Assembly: GCA_963823555.1 (NCBI GenBank)
Contig: CAWGMA010000001.1
Coordinates: forward strand, 1-64,000
Length of the DNA stretch: 64,000 nt
Source: Candidatus Eiseniibacteriota bacterium
Lineage (GTDB): Bacteria > Eisenbacteria > RBG-16-71-46 > CAVPCR01
Reading direction: 5' to 3'
Below the pieces are notes generated by a model. The model searched no databases. It was given only the letters and a program-made list of their open reading frames with translations, and was not told where the DNA came from. Both the position numbers and the translations under genes were made by a program. This document shows, piece after piece, positions 46,614-55,987 of the stretch; positions within the stretch are counted from its first letter, which is position 1; every line of letters starts with the position of its first letter.

Positions 46614-48269
46614 ATGAGAACCGCTCCGGGCCTCTGGACCCTCGTCCTCGCCGCCGTCGTTGCCGCCATGGTCGTCGTCCCCGCCGGGGCAACGACGCTC
46701 CATGTGCCTGCTCAGTATCCGATCATCCAGGATGCCGTCAACGCCGCCCAGGCCGGGGACACGGTGCTTGTCGCTCCCGGAACGTTCACCCACGTGCGCC
46801 AGCCACCTGGCGCCGACTCTTGCGCCGTCTTCATGAAGTCGGGCGTCACGCTCCGGGGATCGGGTCGCGGCCAGACCATCATCGATCCGCAGTTGCTTGC
46901 TCGCGGCATCTTCTGTCGGAACGTGGTCAACGCCCGGATCGAACGGCTCACCATCAAGCGTGCCTTTGGCCAGATCCACGGGGCAGGCATCTTCTGCGAG
47001 CAATCGTCCTCACCCGTCATCCGCGATGTTGAGGTCACGCTCTGCGAGGATGGTGGGATCATCTGCCTCAACTCGAGTCCTACCATCGAAGGGTGCTTCA
47101 TCACCGACAACATCTCCAAGCAAGGCGGCGGGCTAGCCATCGAGGATAGCTCCTCACCGCAGGTGATCGATTGCTCGATCCTGCGCAATTCCGCCCCCGC
47201 GGGCGGCGGCCTCTTCGTGCGGGCCGCCTCGGCGCCGACGCTGACGCGCTGCCTCATCAAGGACAACACACTCAGCACCGTGAACGGCGCCGGGGGCGGG
47301 GTGGGCATCGTCTCGGCCAGTCTGACCATCTCCGACTCGCAGATCGAGAACAACACGGCGACCGGACCTGGTGGGGGGTTCGCCGTCATCGACAACGCAA
47401 CGCTCAATGCCACCCGGTGCGACATCATGGGCAACGACACGACCGATGATTACGGCCCCGGGGGCGGTATCTACTGCGAGTTCGCTAGCATGACGCTCGA
47501 TCGGTGCCTCATCGTCCGTAACACGGCCCCGGGGGCGGACTCCGACGGCGGGGGGATCATCGCCTTCTTCGCCGTGGACGTCATGATCAATGAGTGCACG
47601 ATCGCGGCCAACGGCACCAGTGCCCAGGCTCTTGGTGGCGGAATCACCTGCATCACCTCGTCGCCGACCATCCAGAGCTCGATCATCGCCTTCAACAATC
47701 CGGGTAAGGCAATGTACTGCACGGACGGCTCCAGCACGCCCGTCGTGTCGTGCTCGGATCTGTTCGGCAATCAGGGCGGGAATCAGATCTGCGGCACGGA
47801 TGCTGGTAATAACTTCTCGCTCGACCCACGCTTCTGCAACCTGGCTCAGAACGACTTCGCCCTTCATGTCGATTCGCCCTGCCTCGACAACCAGCATCCG
47901 AGCGGAGCGCCGTGCGGTCAGATAGGGGCGCGAGCGCTTGGAACCTGCGACGGCATCGGCATCGCCGACGAGGAAGCAGCACCGCGTGGGTTCCTCCTTC
48001 GCCATCATGCCGTTCCCAATCCGTTCAGTACGGCGACGGCGATCACTTTCGAGCTGACGCGGTCCGAGCGCCTTTCGATCGCCATCTTCGATGTCGACGG
48101 GCGGTTGGTGCGGCTGCTCGCCGATGACACGTTCGTTGCCGGGGGGCATGCACTCCGGTGGGACGGCCGGGACGGCAGCGGGCGAGCGGCGGCGAGCGGG
48201 GTCTATTACTACCGGCTTGGAGGCGAGGGCTTGAGAGGACAGACAGGCCGGATGGTTCTTACGCGCTAG
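46614..48269 (+). CDS. Secreted right-handed beta-helix protein with FlgD-Ig domain
   Basis: LHVPAQYPIIQDAV..GDTVLVAPGTF; repeated N-x-GGG motifs; DPRFC..DFALHVDSPC; PNPFS..WDGRDGSG. Confidence 0.88.
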   Translation: MRTAPGLWTLVLAAVVAAMVVVPAGATTLHVPAQYPIIQDAVNAAQAGDTVLVAPGTFTHVRQPPGADSCAVFMKSGVTLRGSGRGQTIIDPQLLARGIFCRNVVNARIERLTIKRAFGQIHGAGIFCEQSSSPVIRDVEVTLCEDGGIICLNSSPTIEGCFITDNISKQGGGLAIEDSSSPQVIDCSILRNSAPAGGGLFVRAASAPTLTRCLIKDNTLSTVNGAGGGVGIVSASLTISDSQIENNTATGPGGGFAVIDNATLNATRCDIMGNDTTDDYGPGGGIYCEFASMTLDRCLIVRNTAPGADSDGGGIIAFFAVDVMINECTIAANGTSAQALGGGITCITSSPTIQSSIIAFNNPGKAMYCTDGSSTPVVSCSDLFGNQGGNQICGTDAGNNFSLDPRFCNLAQNDFALHVDSPCLDNQHPSGAPCGQIGARALGTCDGIGIADEEAAPRGFLLRHHAVPNPFSTATAITFELTRSERLSIAIFDVDGRLVRLLADDTFVAGGHALRWDGRDGSGRAAASGVYYYRLGGEGLRGQTGRMVLTR

Positions 48270-48330
48270 CGGGTCTCCGACCCGCCGGGAAGGCCGCGAC
48301 GAGAATCGCTTTCGAGCGCGGAGGGGTAAC

Positions 48331-51300
48331 ATGCGCAACAGATGGAGCGGGGTCGCGTTCACTCTCGTCGGGGCCGGACTGGCGCTGGTTGCGGGCATCA
48401 CGGTCGGGCCGCCAGCCGCCGCCGCCGATGAGTCCGGCCCCGCGTCGGTGCGGATCCTGGTGGGGAGCGAGGCGACCGCTGGGCGTTTGTCGCTTCACCT
48501 GGACGTTGAGGCGGGGGCGACCATGCCCGCCCTCAAGCTCGTCGCGCTACCCGCGGGCTCGGCTGAGGCCGAGCTCTCGATCGGAGGAGACGCCGCGGGA
48601 CTCACGGTCCGAGCCGGGAGGCCGATGGTGCTCCGCGGGCTCCGCGTGCTGCCGCTTCTCGTCGAGGAACAGGCAGCCTCGGCCGGCAAGGCGGAGGCCC
48701 CGCATTCGCTGGACCTCGAGGTCCGCTACTCAGCGGCGAGCGCCGCCGCGCCATCGCGGGCGCTGGAGTACAGCGCCGGGTTCTTCTCGCCCTTCCTCGA
48801 TCTGCTCCCGGCAACACAGCGTGCGGCGCTCCAGAGCACGAGCGAGGGCGGCTACCTCATCATCACGGCCCCCGAGTTTCAGGCCACCCTCGACCCCCTC
48901 ATCGCCTGGAAGCGGGATGCGGGATTCGCGGTCACGGTCGTCACCACGCTCGAGACCGGGACCCGTAACGACCAGATCCGCGATTGGATTCGCAACTACT
49001 ACGCAGGTGCAGCGGTTCCTCCCCAGTACTTGCTTCTGGTAGGGGATGTCGACCGCCTACCGGGGTTCGACTATCACCAGAGCGTTTCCGATCACTCCTA
49101 CAGCCTCATCGACGGCGATGACTTCCTGCCTGACATTCAGGTCGGTCGCCTCTCGGCTCTCGGCACCCAGGACCTGGCCACCATCGTTGCCAAGATCGTG
49201 AACTACGAGAAGACACCGGACCGAAGTGATCCGGAGTGGTTCTCACGCGCCCTTCTCGTTGCCGGTAACTACAGCTCCTCGACGCCGGTTCCGGTCATGC
49301 GCTGGTGTCGCGACGAGCTCATGGCCCAGAGCTACGCGCAGGTCGATACGGTCTACTACCCGCCGCACTGGGCGACCGGACCGACCCTGATCCGTCCGAT
49401 CATCGACCGCGGCGTCTCGCTGGTCGCCTATCGGGGCTGGGCATACGGCTGGCAGGGCTGGGAACCGCCCAAGTTCACCGTGGAACACATCCCCGCGCTG
49501 GCCAATGGCTGGCGGCTGCCCGTCGTGATGAGCTTCGTCTGTCTGAACGGTGATTTCACCGAGCCCGAGTGCTTCGGTGAGGCCTGGATTCGCTCGGGAA
49601 CCGTCGACGCGCCCAAGGGGGCGGTGGGATTCATCGGCAACAGCGAGCACTGGTCGCACACGCGCTTCAACGATGCCGCGGCGATCGGCGTTTTCACCGC
49701 CTTCGGTGACGGCGAGCGCGCCCTCGGTAACCTGCTGAATGCGGCCAAGTTCGGTATCATGACCCAGTTTCCGGACATCCTCGAGTTCGAGGAGTACGGT
49801 GAGGAGTCGGTCGAGTTCTACTTCCATATCTACAGTCTGCTCGGTGACCCCTCGCTCGAGATCTGGAGCACGGAGCCCGATTCGGCCGTCGTCACGCATG
49901 CGACGGCGATCCCGCGCGGTGCGAACCTCTTCGAGGTGAGTGTGGAGCGTGCCGCGGACGGCACGCCGGTGGCTGGCGCGCGTGTGGGTCTCGTCCAGGA
50001 CGGGATCCTCCTCGGATCGGCCCGGAGCGACGAGAGTGGTGTGGCCAGAGTCTCCGCCGTCTTCGAGCGCGCCGACGTGCCGGTCACGGTCACGGTCAGC
50101 GGTGCCGGGCTCTTGCCGGTCACGGCCAGCGTTCCGGTGGTCGAGGGGGGCCCGTACCTCGCGCTTGCGGGCATCGCCATTCGCGACGACGGTACGGGCG
50201 GCAGCCAGGGCAACGCCGACGGCGAAGTGAACCCGGGAGAGACGATCGCGCTCGAAGCCACGCTCGAGAATCGCGGAGCGACGGCAGCGCCAGCGGGCAC
50301 CGCCACCCTGACTGTCTTGGCGGGGGCGGAGGTCACGACCGGTACAGCGAGCTTCCCGGCGATCGCGAGCGGCGCGAGTGTCGCGACCGCGCCATTCATC
50401 GTCACCGTCGCCGCCGATGCCGAGGACGGACTCAGTCCTGGCTTCCGGCTCAACGCGTTCTCCGGAGCCGATTCCTCGGTGTCCGGTCTCTCGCTGGTGA
50501 TCAAGGCGCCGGCCCTGCGTCATACCGGCCACACGATCGGCGGTGACGGGGTGGCTTCGCCGGGGGACACGGTCGCAGTTCTCGTCACCGTTCAGAACGA
50601 CGGAGCGCTTGCCGCTTCCGTGTCCACGGGGACCCTGCGCGCGCTCGATCCGGCCGTCGCCACGGTCGAGGATTCAACGGCCTCTTTCCCCGCGCTGGCT
50701 TCCGGGGCCGCGGGCGAGTCGCTCGTGCCGTTCTCCATCATCCCCGCGTCCGATGCGCCCAGGGGCCAGACGGCCAGCTTCGTCCTCGAGCTCAGGACCG
50801 CTGAGGGTTACACGAGCCGGACGACTTTCGGGGTGCGCCTCGGCCCGGTCGATCATCGTGCCCCGCTCGGACCCGATGCCTACGGTTACCATGCGGTCGA
50901 CAATACGGATACCGATTATCCGAACGTGACGCCGGTCTACGAGTGGGTACCCTGCTCGCCGGTTTACGGCGGGTCCGGAACCAGACTCGATCTCGGCGAC
51001 AACACCTCGGTTGTCGTCGGGTTGCCCTTCGATTTCACCTTCTATGGTCGGACCTATCGACGTCTCCTCGTCTCCGACAACGGCTGGGCGGCGTTCGACA
51101 CCACGGCGACCTACGACTATTACAACTGGAGCATGCCCAATCCCTACAACAACGGCGCCATGATCGCACCCTTCTGGGACAACCTCGATCCCGAGAAGGC
51201 TCACGACGGCGTTCGAGTGGGAGACGGGATCTATGTCTTCCACGATACGGCGAGGCACCGTTATGTGATCGAGTGGAGCCGGCTCGGCAACTTCTTCTCG

Positions 51301-52149
51301 CAGCATCCCAATCACGAGGACTACGACGACCTGCAGACCTTCGAGTTGATCCTCTTCGATCCCGCGGCCTATCCGACACCGACCGGCGATGGTCTCATCC
51401 GGTTCCAGTACAAGCAGGTCTTCAACAACGATGACACGCGCATGTACTCGACGGTGGGCATCGAGAACGAGGACGAGGATGTGGGGCTCGAGTACTCCTA
51501 CACCAACCTCTACCCGGATACCGCAGCCCCGCTGTCGGCCGGACTGGCGATCGACTTCACGACCGCAGCGCCGCTCTACTCGCCGTTCCGCCTCGCCGCG
51601 TTCAGCGCCCAAGCAGCGGGCGGTGGTGTCGCGCTCTCCTGGCAGCCCGTGGACGAACGGCCCCGATCCGGCTATCGCGTCTACCGGTCCGGAGACGAGG
51701 GGGCCCGGAGGCTCCTCCCGGATGCGGTGCTCGGGGGCGATGCGCGCGGGTTCTTGGACTCGACCGCCGATCCGGATTCGGCAGCCACCTACTGGATCGG
51801 GTCGCTCGATCCTGTCGGCCATGAAAGTCTGCTCGGGCCCTTCGCCTACCCCGGCCGGGGAGCGGCACCCCGAGCTCTCGAGTTCGCCGTTTCCGGACAG
51901 AACCCATTTGCTGCGATGGCCCGTCTCACCCTGGCCTTGCCTGGGCGTGAGCAGGCGAGCGTCCGCATTTACTCGGTCACGGGTCGCCTGGTGCGCACGC
52001 TGGACGCCGGGTTCCTCGAGGCGGGAATCTGGACTCTCGAATGGAATGGTCGAGATGAGTCTGGTCGCGAGCTCCCGAGCGGCGTCTATGTCGCCCGACT
52101 CGAGGCAGGCCTGGAAGAGCGCGAGGCCAAGCTCGTGCTCATTCGCTGA
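48331..52149 (+). CDS. Second gingipain-like C25 family protein with FlgD-Ig domain (YRGW variant)
   Basis: YLIITAPEF, YLLLVGD, SDHSYS..VGRLS, YRGW, FVCLNGDF, KGAVGFIG, YSLLGDP; shares the GPD.YGY...DNTDT domain with the first copy. Confidence 0.9.
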   Translation: MRNRWSGVAFTLVGAGLALVAGITVGPPAAAADESGPASVRILVGSEATAGRLSLHLDVEAGATMPALKLVALPAGSAEAELSIGGDAAGLTVRAGRPMVLRGLRVLPLLVEEQAASAGKAEAPHSLDLEVRYSAASAAAPSRALEYSAGFFSPFLDLLPATQRAALQSTSEGGYLIITAPEFQATLDPLIAWKRDAGFAVTVVTTLETGTRNDQIRDWIRNYYAGAAVPPQYLLLVGDVDRLPGFDYHQSVSDHSYSLIDGDDFLPDIQVGRLSALGTQDLATIVAKIVNYEKTPDRSDPEWFSRALLVAGNYSSSTPVPVMRWCRDELMAQSYAQVDTVYYPPHWATGPTLIRPIIDRGVSLVAYRGWAYGWQGWEPPKFTVEHIPALANGWRLPVVMSFVCLNGDFTEPECFGEAWIRSGTVDAPKGAVGFIGNSEHWSHTRFNDAAAIGVFTAFGDGERALGNLLNAAKFGIMTQFPDILEFEEYGEESVEFYFHIYSLLGDPSLEIWSTEPDSAVVTHATAIPRGANLFEVSVERAADGTPVAGARVGLVQDGILLGSARSDESGVARVSAVFERADVPVTVTVSGAGLLPVTASVPVVEGGPYLALAGIAIRDDGTGGSQGNADGEVNPGETIALEATLENRGATAAPAGTATLTVLAGAEVTTGTASFPAIASGASVATAPFIVTVAADAEDGLSPGFRLNAFSGADSSVSGLSLVIKAPALRHTGHTIGGDGVASPGDTVAVLVTVQNDGALAASVSTGTLRALDPAVATVEDSTASFPALASGAAGESLVPFSIIPASDAPRGQTASFVLELRTAEGYTSRTTFGVRLGPVDHRAPLGPDAYGYHAVDNTDTDYPNVTPVYEWVPCSPVYGGSGTRLDLGDNTSVVVGLPFDFTFYGRTYRRLLVSDNGWAAFDTTATYDYYNWSMPNPYNNGAMIAPFWDNLDPEKAHDGVRVGDGIYVFHDTARHRYVIEWSRLGNFFSQHPNHEDYDDLQTFELILFDPAAYPTPTGDGLIRFQYKQVFNNDDTRMYSTVGIENEDEDVGLEYSYTNLYPDTAAPLSAGLAIDFTTAAPLYSPFRLAAFSAQAAGGGVALSWQPVDERPRSGYRVYRSGDEGARRLLPDAVLGGDARGFLDSTADPDSAATYWIGSLDPVGHESLLGPFAYPGRGAAPRALEFAVSGQNPFAAMARLTLALPGREQASVRIYSVTGRLVRTLDAGFLEAGIWTLEWNGRDESGRELPSGVYVARLEAGLEEREAKLVLIR

Positions 52150-52238
52150 CGGCAGCGTCGTACGGCAGGAAAGAAGCAAGACTGGTGCGGAGCGCAGTGA
52201 GTCAAACGAGCAGGCGAGGACCGGGCCGAAGGCTTGAG

Positions 52239-53447
52239 ATGGTCCGACTCGGTTCGGTCCTGGTCCTGATCCTATTCGCGGCGGCCCATCTCCTGCCCGC
52301 ACCGGCGGGTGCGGAGGATGCTCCCGGATCGAAGGCGGCGCAGCAAACGACGAGAAGAAGCAAGAGCACCAAGAAGAAGAGCTCCAAGAAGAAGAGTTCC
52401 AAGAAGAAGGCTCCGCCTCCAGTGGATTTCAGCGGCGCCTTCGCCTTCGAGTTCATCTACGACGACAACGTCATCCACTATTCGGACGAGGATCTGGAGG
52501 AGTTCGCCACGCAGCCCAACGAGGGCAAATTCTCGATCACCTCGGCCGACGACTGGATCCTGAGGCCGCGTCTCGACATCGTGATGACGACATTCCGTCT
52601 CACAGGGAAGCCGCTCTCCACCCGGTTCCGGTATTCCTATTGGTACTACACTACGAACGACGTCAAGAACAACCAGTCGCTCCAGTTGCGGTTCAATCAC
52701 CCCGGGTTCGACAGCAAGGACAGCTTCGAGTTCACGATCTACTACTCCCCGCTGTCCTATATCCGCAACTTCCGCGATCGGCCCCCCTACGCACCTGCTT
52801 CGCAGCCGACTGAGTACACCGATTTCTCGTATACGTCGAACTCGTTCACGATCGGCTACTTCCGGCGGTGGACGCGATCGATCGATGCCGCCGTCGACCT
52901 CCGGCGTTCGATTCGCTATTACAACCAGGCATTCATGGAGAACGACAACTGGGAGTGGAACATCGGCACCAATGTCCTCTACCGCCTGACGAGTATCTAC
53001 CGCATTCGCGGTGAGTACGACTACAGCCATGTCGTGGCGCGCGGAGCGGACGAGGTGGGTGAGACGCGCGAGCTCTCCGATGATGGTGATCCCTCCTATG
53101 ACCGTGATTCCTATCGACTCTCGTTCGAGTATCGCCCGCGACGGAACCGCTACAAGCTGGACGGGATCACGCTGAGCGGGCAGTACCAGGCGTACTACTT
53201 CACGAGCCAGAAGACGGTCGACGAGGATCCGACGCACGTGGGGCGAAAGGACCAGGTCTATCGCCTCGGGATCGAGGCGGATACGGATCCGCTCATCGGC
53301 AAGGTCGCCTTCTACGCGGGCTATCTCTACAGCCAACGAACCTCCACGAGTCCGTCCGGTGTGGTGGTGGGTGATGATATCGGCGAGGAGAAGGACTACA
53401 CCGACAACCGCTCCTACTTCGGGGCGACTTACCCCCTGCCCTTCTGA
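52239..53447 (+). CDS. Putative outer-membrane beta-barrel with a Lys-rich N-terminal extension
   Basis: Signal peptide; KKKSS repeats; YDDNV start of the barrel; alternating aromatic strands; terminal Phe. Confidence 0.7.
   Translation: MVRLGSVLVLILFAAAHLLPAPAGAEDAPGSKAAQQTTRRSKSTKKKSSKKKSSKKKAPPPVDFSGAFAFEFIYDDNVIHYSDEDLEEFATQPNEGKFSITSADDWILRPRLDIVMTTFRLTGKPLSTRFRYSYWYYTTNDVKNNQSLQLRFNHPGFDSKDSFEFTIYYSPLSYIRNFRDRPPYAPASQPTEYTDFSYTSNSFTIGYFRRWTRSIDAAVDLRRSIRYYNQAFMENDNWEWNIGTNVLYRLTSIYRIRGEYDYSHVVARGADEVGETRELSDDGDPSYDRDSYRLSFEYRPRRNRYKLDGITLSGQYQAYYFTSQKTVDEDPTHVGRKDQVYRLGIEADTDPLIGKVAFYAGYLYSQRTSTSPSGVVVGDDIGEEKDYTDNRSYFGATYPLPF
52356..52409 (+). repeat. 15-bp coding tandem repeat (KKKSS)n
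   Basis: AAGAAGAAGAGCTCC / AAGAAGAAGAGTTCC / AAGAAGAAG, plus one degenerate upstream copy. Confidence 0.85.
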
Positions 53448-53551
53448 ATGGCCAGGAAGAGCGGGAGAGAAGCATGAGGAATTCGAGTATGAGATCGGGC
53501 AGGCGCGAGGTGGGGATCGGGCATCTTGTCGGCGGATGGGAGGCGGGAGCT

Positions 53552-55987
53552 ATGCTCCCCAAGGTGGCGCTTTGCCTGGCTGTTCTTGCCGGCTGCGGTG
53601 CCCAGGATCTCTACGAGCCGCCGACGGCGCCCTACATGATCGCCGGGCGTCTCAGTCTGCCCAGCCGCGTCGAGGACGTGAGCGTGCTCGGCGACTATGC
53701 CTATCTCGCCACCGGGCAGACCGGCCTCGTGATCGTGGACATATCCAGTCCGTCCACTCCCACCACGCTCAGGATACTCGACACGGTCAAGTACGCGGAG
53801 TCAATCAAGGTGGCGAGCACGCCGGCTGCCGACGGCGTGACCGACATCGCCTTCGTGGTCGAGGGCACGGAGGGTATCACCACTTACGACGTGACCGAGC
53901 CGGTCACCGCCTTCTCCTTCCAGCAGGGGACGACCGCCGTCGACGGCAACGGGCTCTTCGTCGAACTGCCTGATGAGCCCGGGGAGCCCTATGTCGTCTA
54001 TCTCGCCGAGAACTGGAAGGGACTCCGCATCTTCGAGTCCGATCCGACGACCCCGGGACTCCTGCGCTACAACGGTGTCTTCGCCGACACGCGCGGCTTC
54101 GCCAAGGCAGTGACCGTGAAGGACGGCTTCGCCTACGTCGCCGATGACGAACTGGGGCTCGCCGTCCTCGATGTCCGCACGCGCATCCTGGGGTCCGTCG
54201 TGATCGTCTCTGCTGCGGATACCCCCGGGAACGCCCTGGGAGTGGACATGGAGGGGGATCACGTCGTGGTCGCCGACGGAGACAACGGCCTCGTGATCAT
54301 GGAGGTGCATCTCGAAGGAGATCCCCCGGTACCGGTGCCCAGCCCGGTGGGGCACATCGCGCTCCCGGGCCGGTGCCGGTCGGTCCAGGTCCACGACGGC
54401 ACCGCGTTCGTGGCCGCCCAGGACGGTGGGGTGCATTTCGTCGATGTCACAACACCGTCCGCGCCCCGGCTCATCGGCACCGTGATCTCGAGCTACGCCA
54501 CCGGCGTTGCGGTCAGCAAGTCGGGAACGGTCGCGGTGAGCGATCGCGATGAGGGGCTTCTCGTTCTGACCGGGGGGCCGGCGCTTTCCGACAGGACCCC
54601 ACCGGCTGCGGTCGGCGACCTCTCGGCCCAGGCGGCGAGCGCTACGAGCGCCAGCCTGAGCTGGCGGGCGCCCGGCGACGACGGGCTTTCCGGGCAGGCC
54701 AGCCGCTATGACGTCCGCCTGGCCACGGTGCCCATCGACACCATGTCGGTCTGGGATCAGGCGACCCCGCTCGAGGGGGTGCCGGCACCGGGTCCCCGCG
54801 GGATCACCGAGGATCTGGTCGTGAACGGACTCACCCCCGGGGCCGAGGTCTTCTTCTGCATTCGGACCGCGGACGTGGCTGGAAACTGGTCCGATCTCTC
54901 CAACACCGCGTCGGTCCGGACTCCGCTCGGCAATGTGCCGCCGACCTTGTGCTGCAGCGTGGTCACGCCCGTGACCGGAACGACGGATTCGACCTTTGTC
55001 TTCGAGGTGACCTATCAGGATGGCGATGGGGATGCGCCCACCGAGGCGCTCGTCGTCGTCAGCGGGACGCCCCATGCCATGGCCCTCGCGAGCGGCGCCT
55101 ATGATACCGGGGCTCGCTTCCGGTACGCGGGATCCCTGCCATCAGGTGAGCAGGAGCACTACTTCTCGTTCTCGGATGGGGTGAATCCGACGGTCGAGAC
55201 TCCGGCGGCGCCGGGACCCTATGTCGCCTATGTCGCCTTCACGATGGGTAGCCCGCCCGAGGAGCCCGGCCGCGACGTGGACGAAACGGCGCACCCGGTC
55301 GCACTCTTGCGTTCGGTGACCCTCTCCGATCATGAGGTCACGCAGGCCGAGTACGAGGGAATCATGGGCGCCAATCCCTCGCGCATCGTCGGCGCCGACC
55401 TGCCCGTGCACAACGTGACCTGGGCCGATGCCGTTCTGTACTGCAACCAGCGCTCGATCGATGAAGGGCTGACCCCCGCCTATGTCATCGCCGGCGAGAA
55501 TGTGACCTGGAACCAGGAGGCCGACGGATACCGCTTGCCGACCGAGGCCGAGTGGGAGGGCTACTGCCGGGCCGGATCGGGGGCTGCGCTCGCCAATGGA
55601 CCGCTCGGCGAGGAGGCATGCGGGCTCGACAGCGGGCTCGATGCCATGGGCTGGTACTGCGCCAACGCCGGCGCGGGGCCGCACGCGGTCAAGACCAGGC
55701 AACCCAACGCCTGGGGTCTCTACGACATGCACGGCAATGTCTGGGAGTGGTGCTGGGATCGCTACACCGAAGATCTCGGCGGCGCCATCCAGGTTGATCC
55801 CACGGGGCCGACCTCGGGGCTGGCGCGCGTGATCCGGGGCGGTTCCTGGTACTACTTCGCTCGCGATTGTCGCTCCGCGGCTCGCGCTCCCTACTGGCCC
55901 AACTCAGCGGATGACACGATCGGGTTCCGCGTCGCGCGAAACGGTGCCCCGGGAGCGGCCGGGCGGGGAGGGCGTCCATGGCAGTAA
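53552..55987 (+). CDS. Lipoprotein with LVIVD repeats, an FN3-like domain and a C-terminal FGE-sulfatase (CLec-fold) domain
   Basis: Lipobox LAGC; YAYLA..GLVIVDISSP repeats; LSWRAPGDDG..YDVR; HEVTQAEY, YRLPTEAEWE, GLYDMHGNVWEWC, RGGSW..IGFRVAR. Confidence 0.88.
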   Translation: MLPKVALCLAVLAGCGAQDLYEPPTAPYMIAGRLSLPSRVEDVSVLGDYAYLATGQTGLVIVDISSPSTPTTLRILDTVKYAESIKVASTPAADGVTDIAFVVEGTEGITTYDVTEPVTAFSFQQGTTAVDGNGLFVELPDEPGEPYVVYLAENWKGLRIFESDPTTPGLLRYNGVFADTRGFAKAVTVKDGFAYVADDELGLAVLDVRTRILGSVVIVSAADTPGNALGVDMEGDHVVVADGDNGLVIMEVHLEGDPPVPVPSPVGHIALPGRCRSVQVHDGTAFVAAQDGGVHFVDVTTPSAPRLIGTVISSYATGVAVSKSGTVAVSDRDEGLLVLTGGPALSDRTPPAAVGDLSAQAASATSASLSWRAPGDDGLSGQASRYDVRLATVPIDTMSVWDQATPLEGVPAPGPRGITEDLVVNGLTPGAEVFFCIRTADVAGNWSDLSNTASVRTPLGNVPPTLCCSVVTPVTGTTDSTFVFEVTYQDGDGDAPTEALVVVSGTPHAMALASGAYDTGARFRYAGSLPSGEQEHYFSFSDGVNPTVETPAAPGPYVAYVAFTMGSPPEEPGRDVDETAHPVALLRSVTLSDHEVTQAEYEGIMGANPSRIVGADLPVHNVTWADAVLYCNQRSIDEGLTPAYVIAGENVTWNQEADGYRLPTEAEWEGYCRAGSGAALANGPLGEEACGLDSGLDAMGWYCANAGAGPHAVKTRQPNAWGLYDMHGNVWEWCWDRYTEDLGGAIQVDPTGPTSGLARVIRGGSWYYFARDCRSAARAPYWPNSADDTIGFRVARNGAPGAAGRGGRPWQ

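Noticed and set aside
6191..52149. Flagellar flgD genes
   Set aside because: Only the short C-terminal Ig module is present, on unrelated secreted passengers, and there is no flagellar context.
55830..55945. FGE/CLec C-terminus as a diversity-generating retroelement variable region
   Set aside because: The fold is a typical DGR target, but I see no template-repeat copy and no reverse transcriptase in the window. A remote DGR cannot be excluded.
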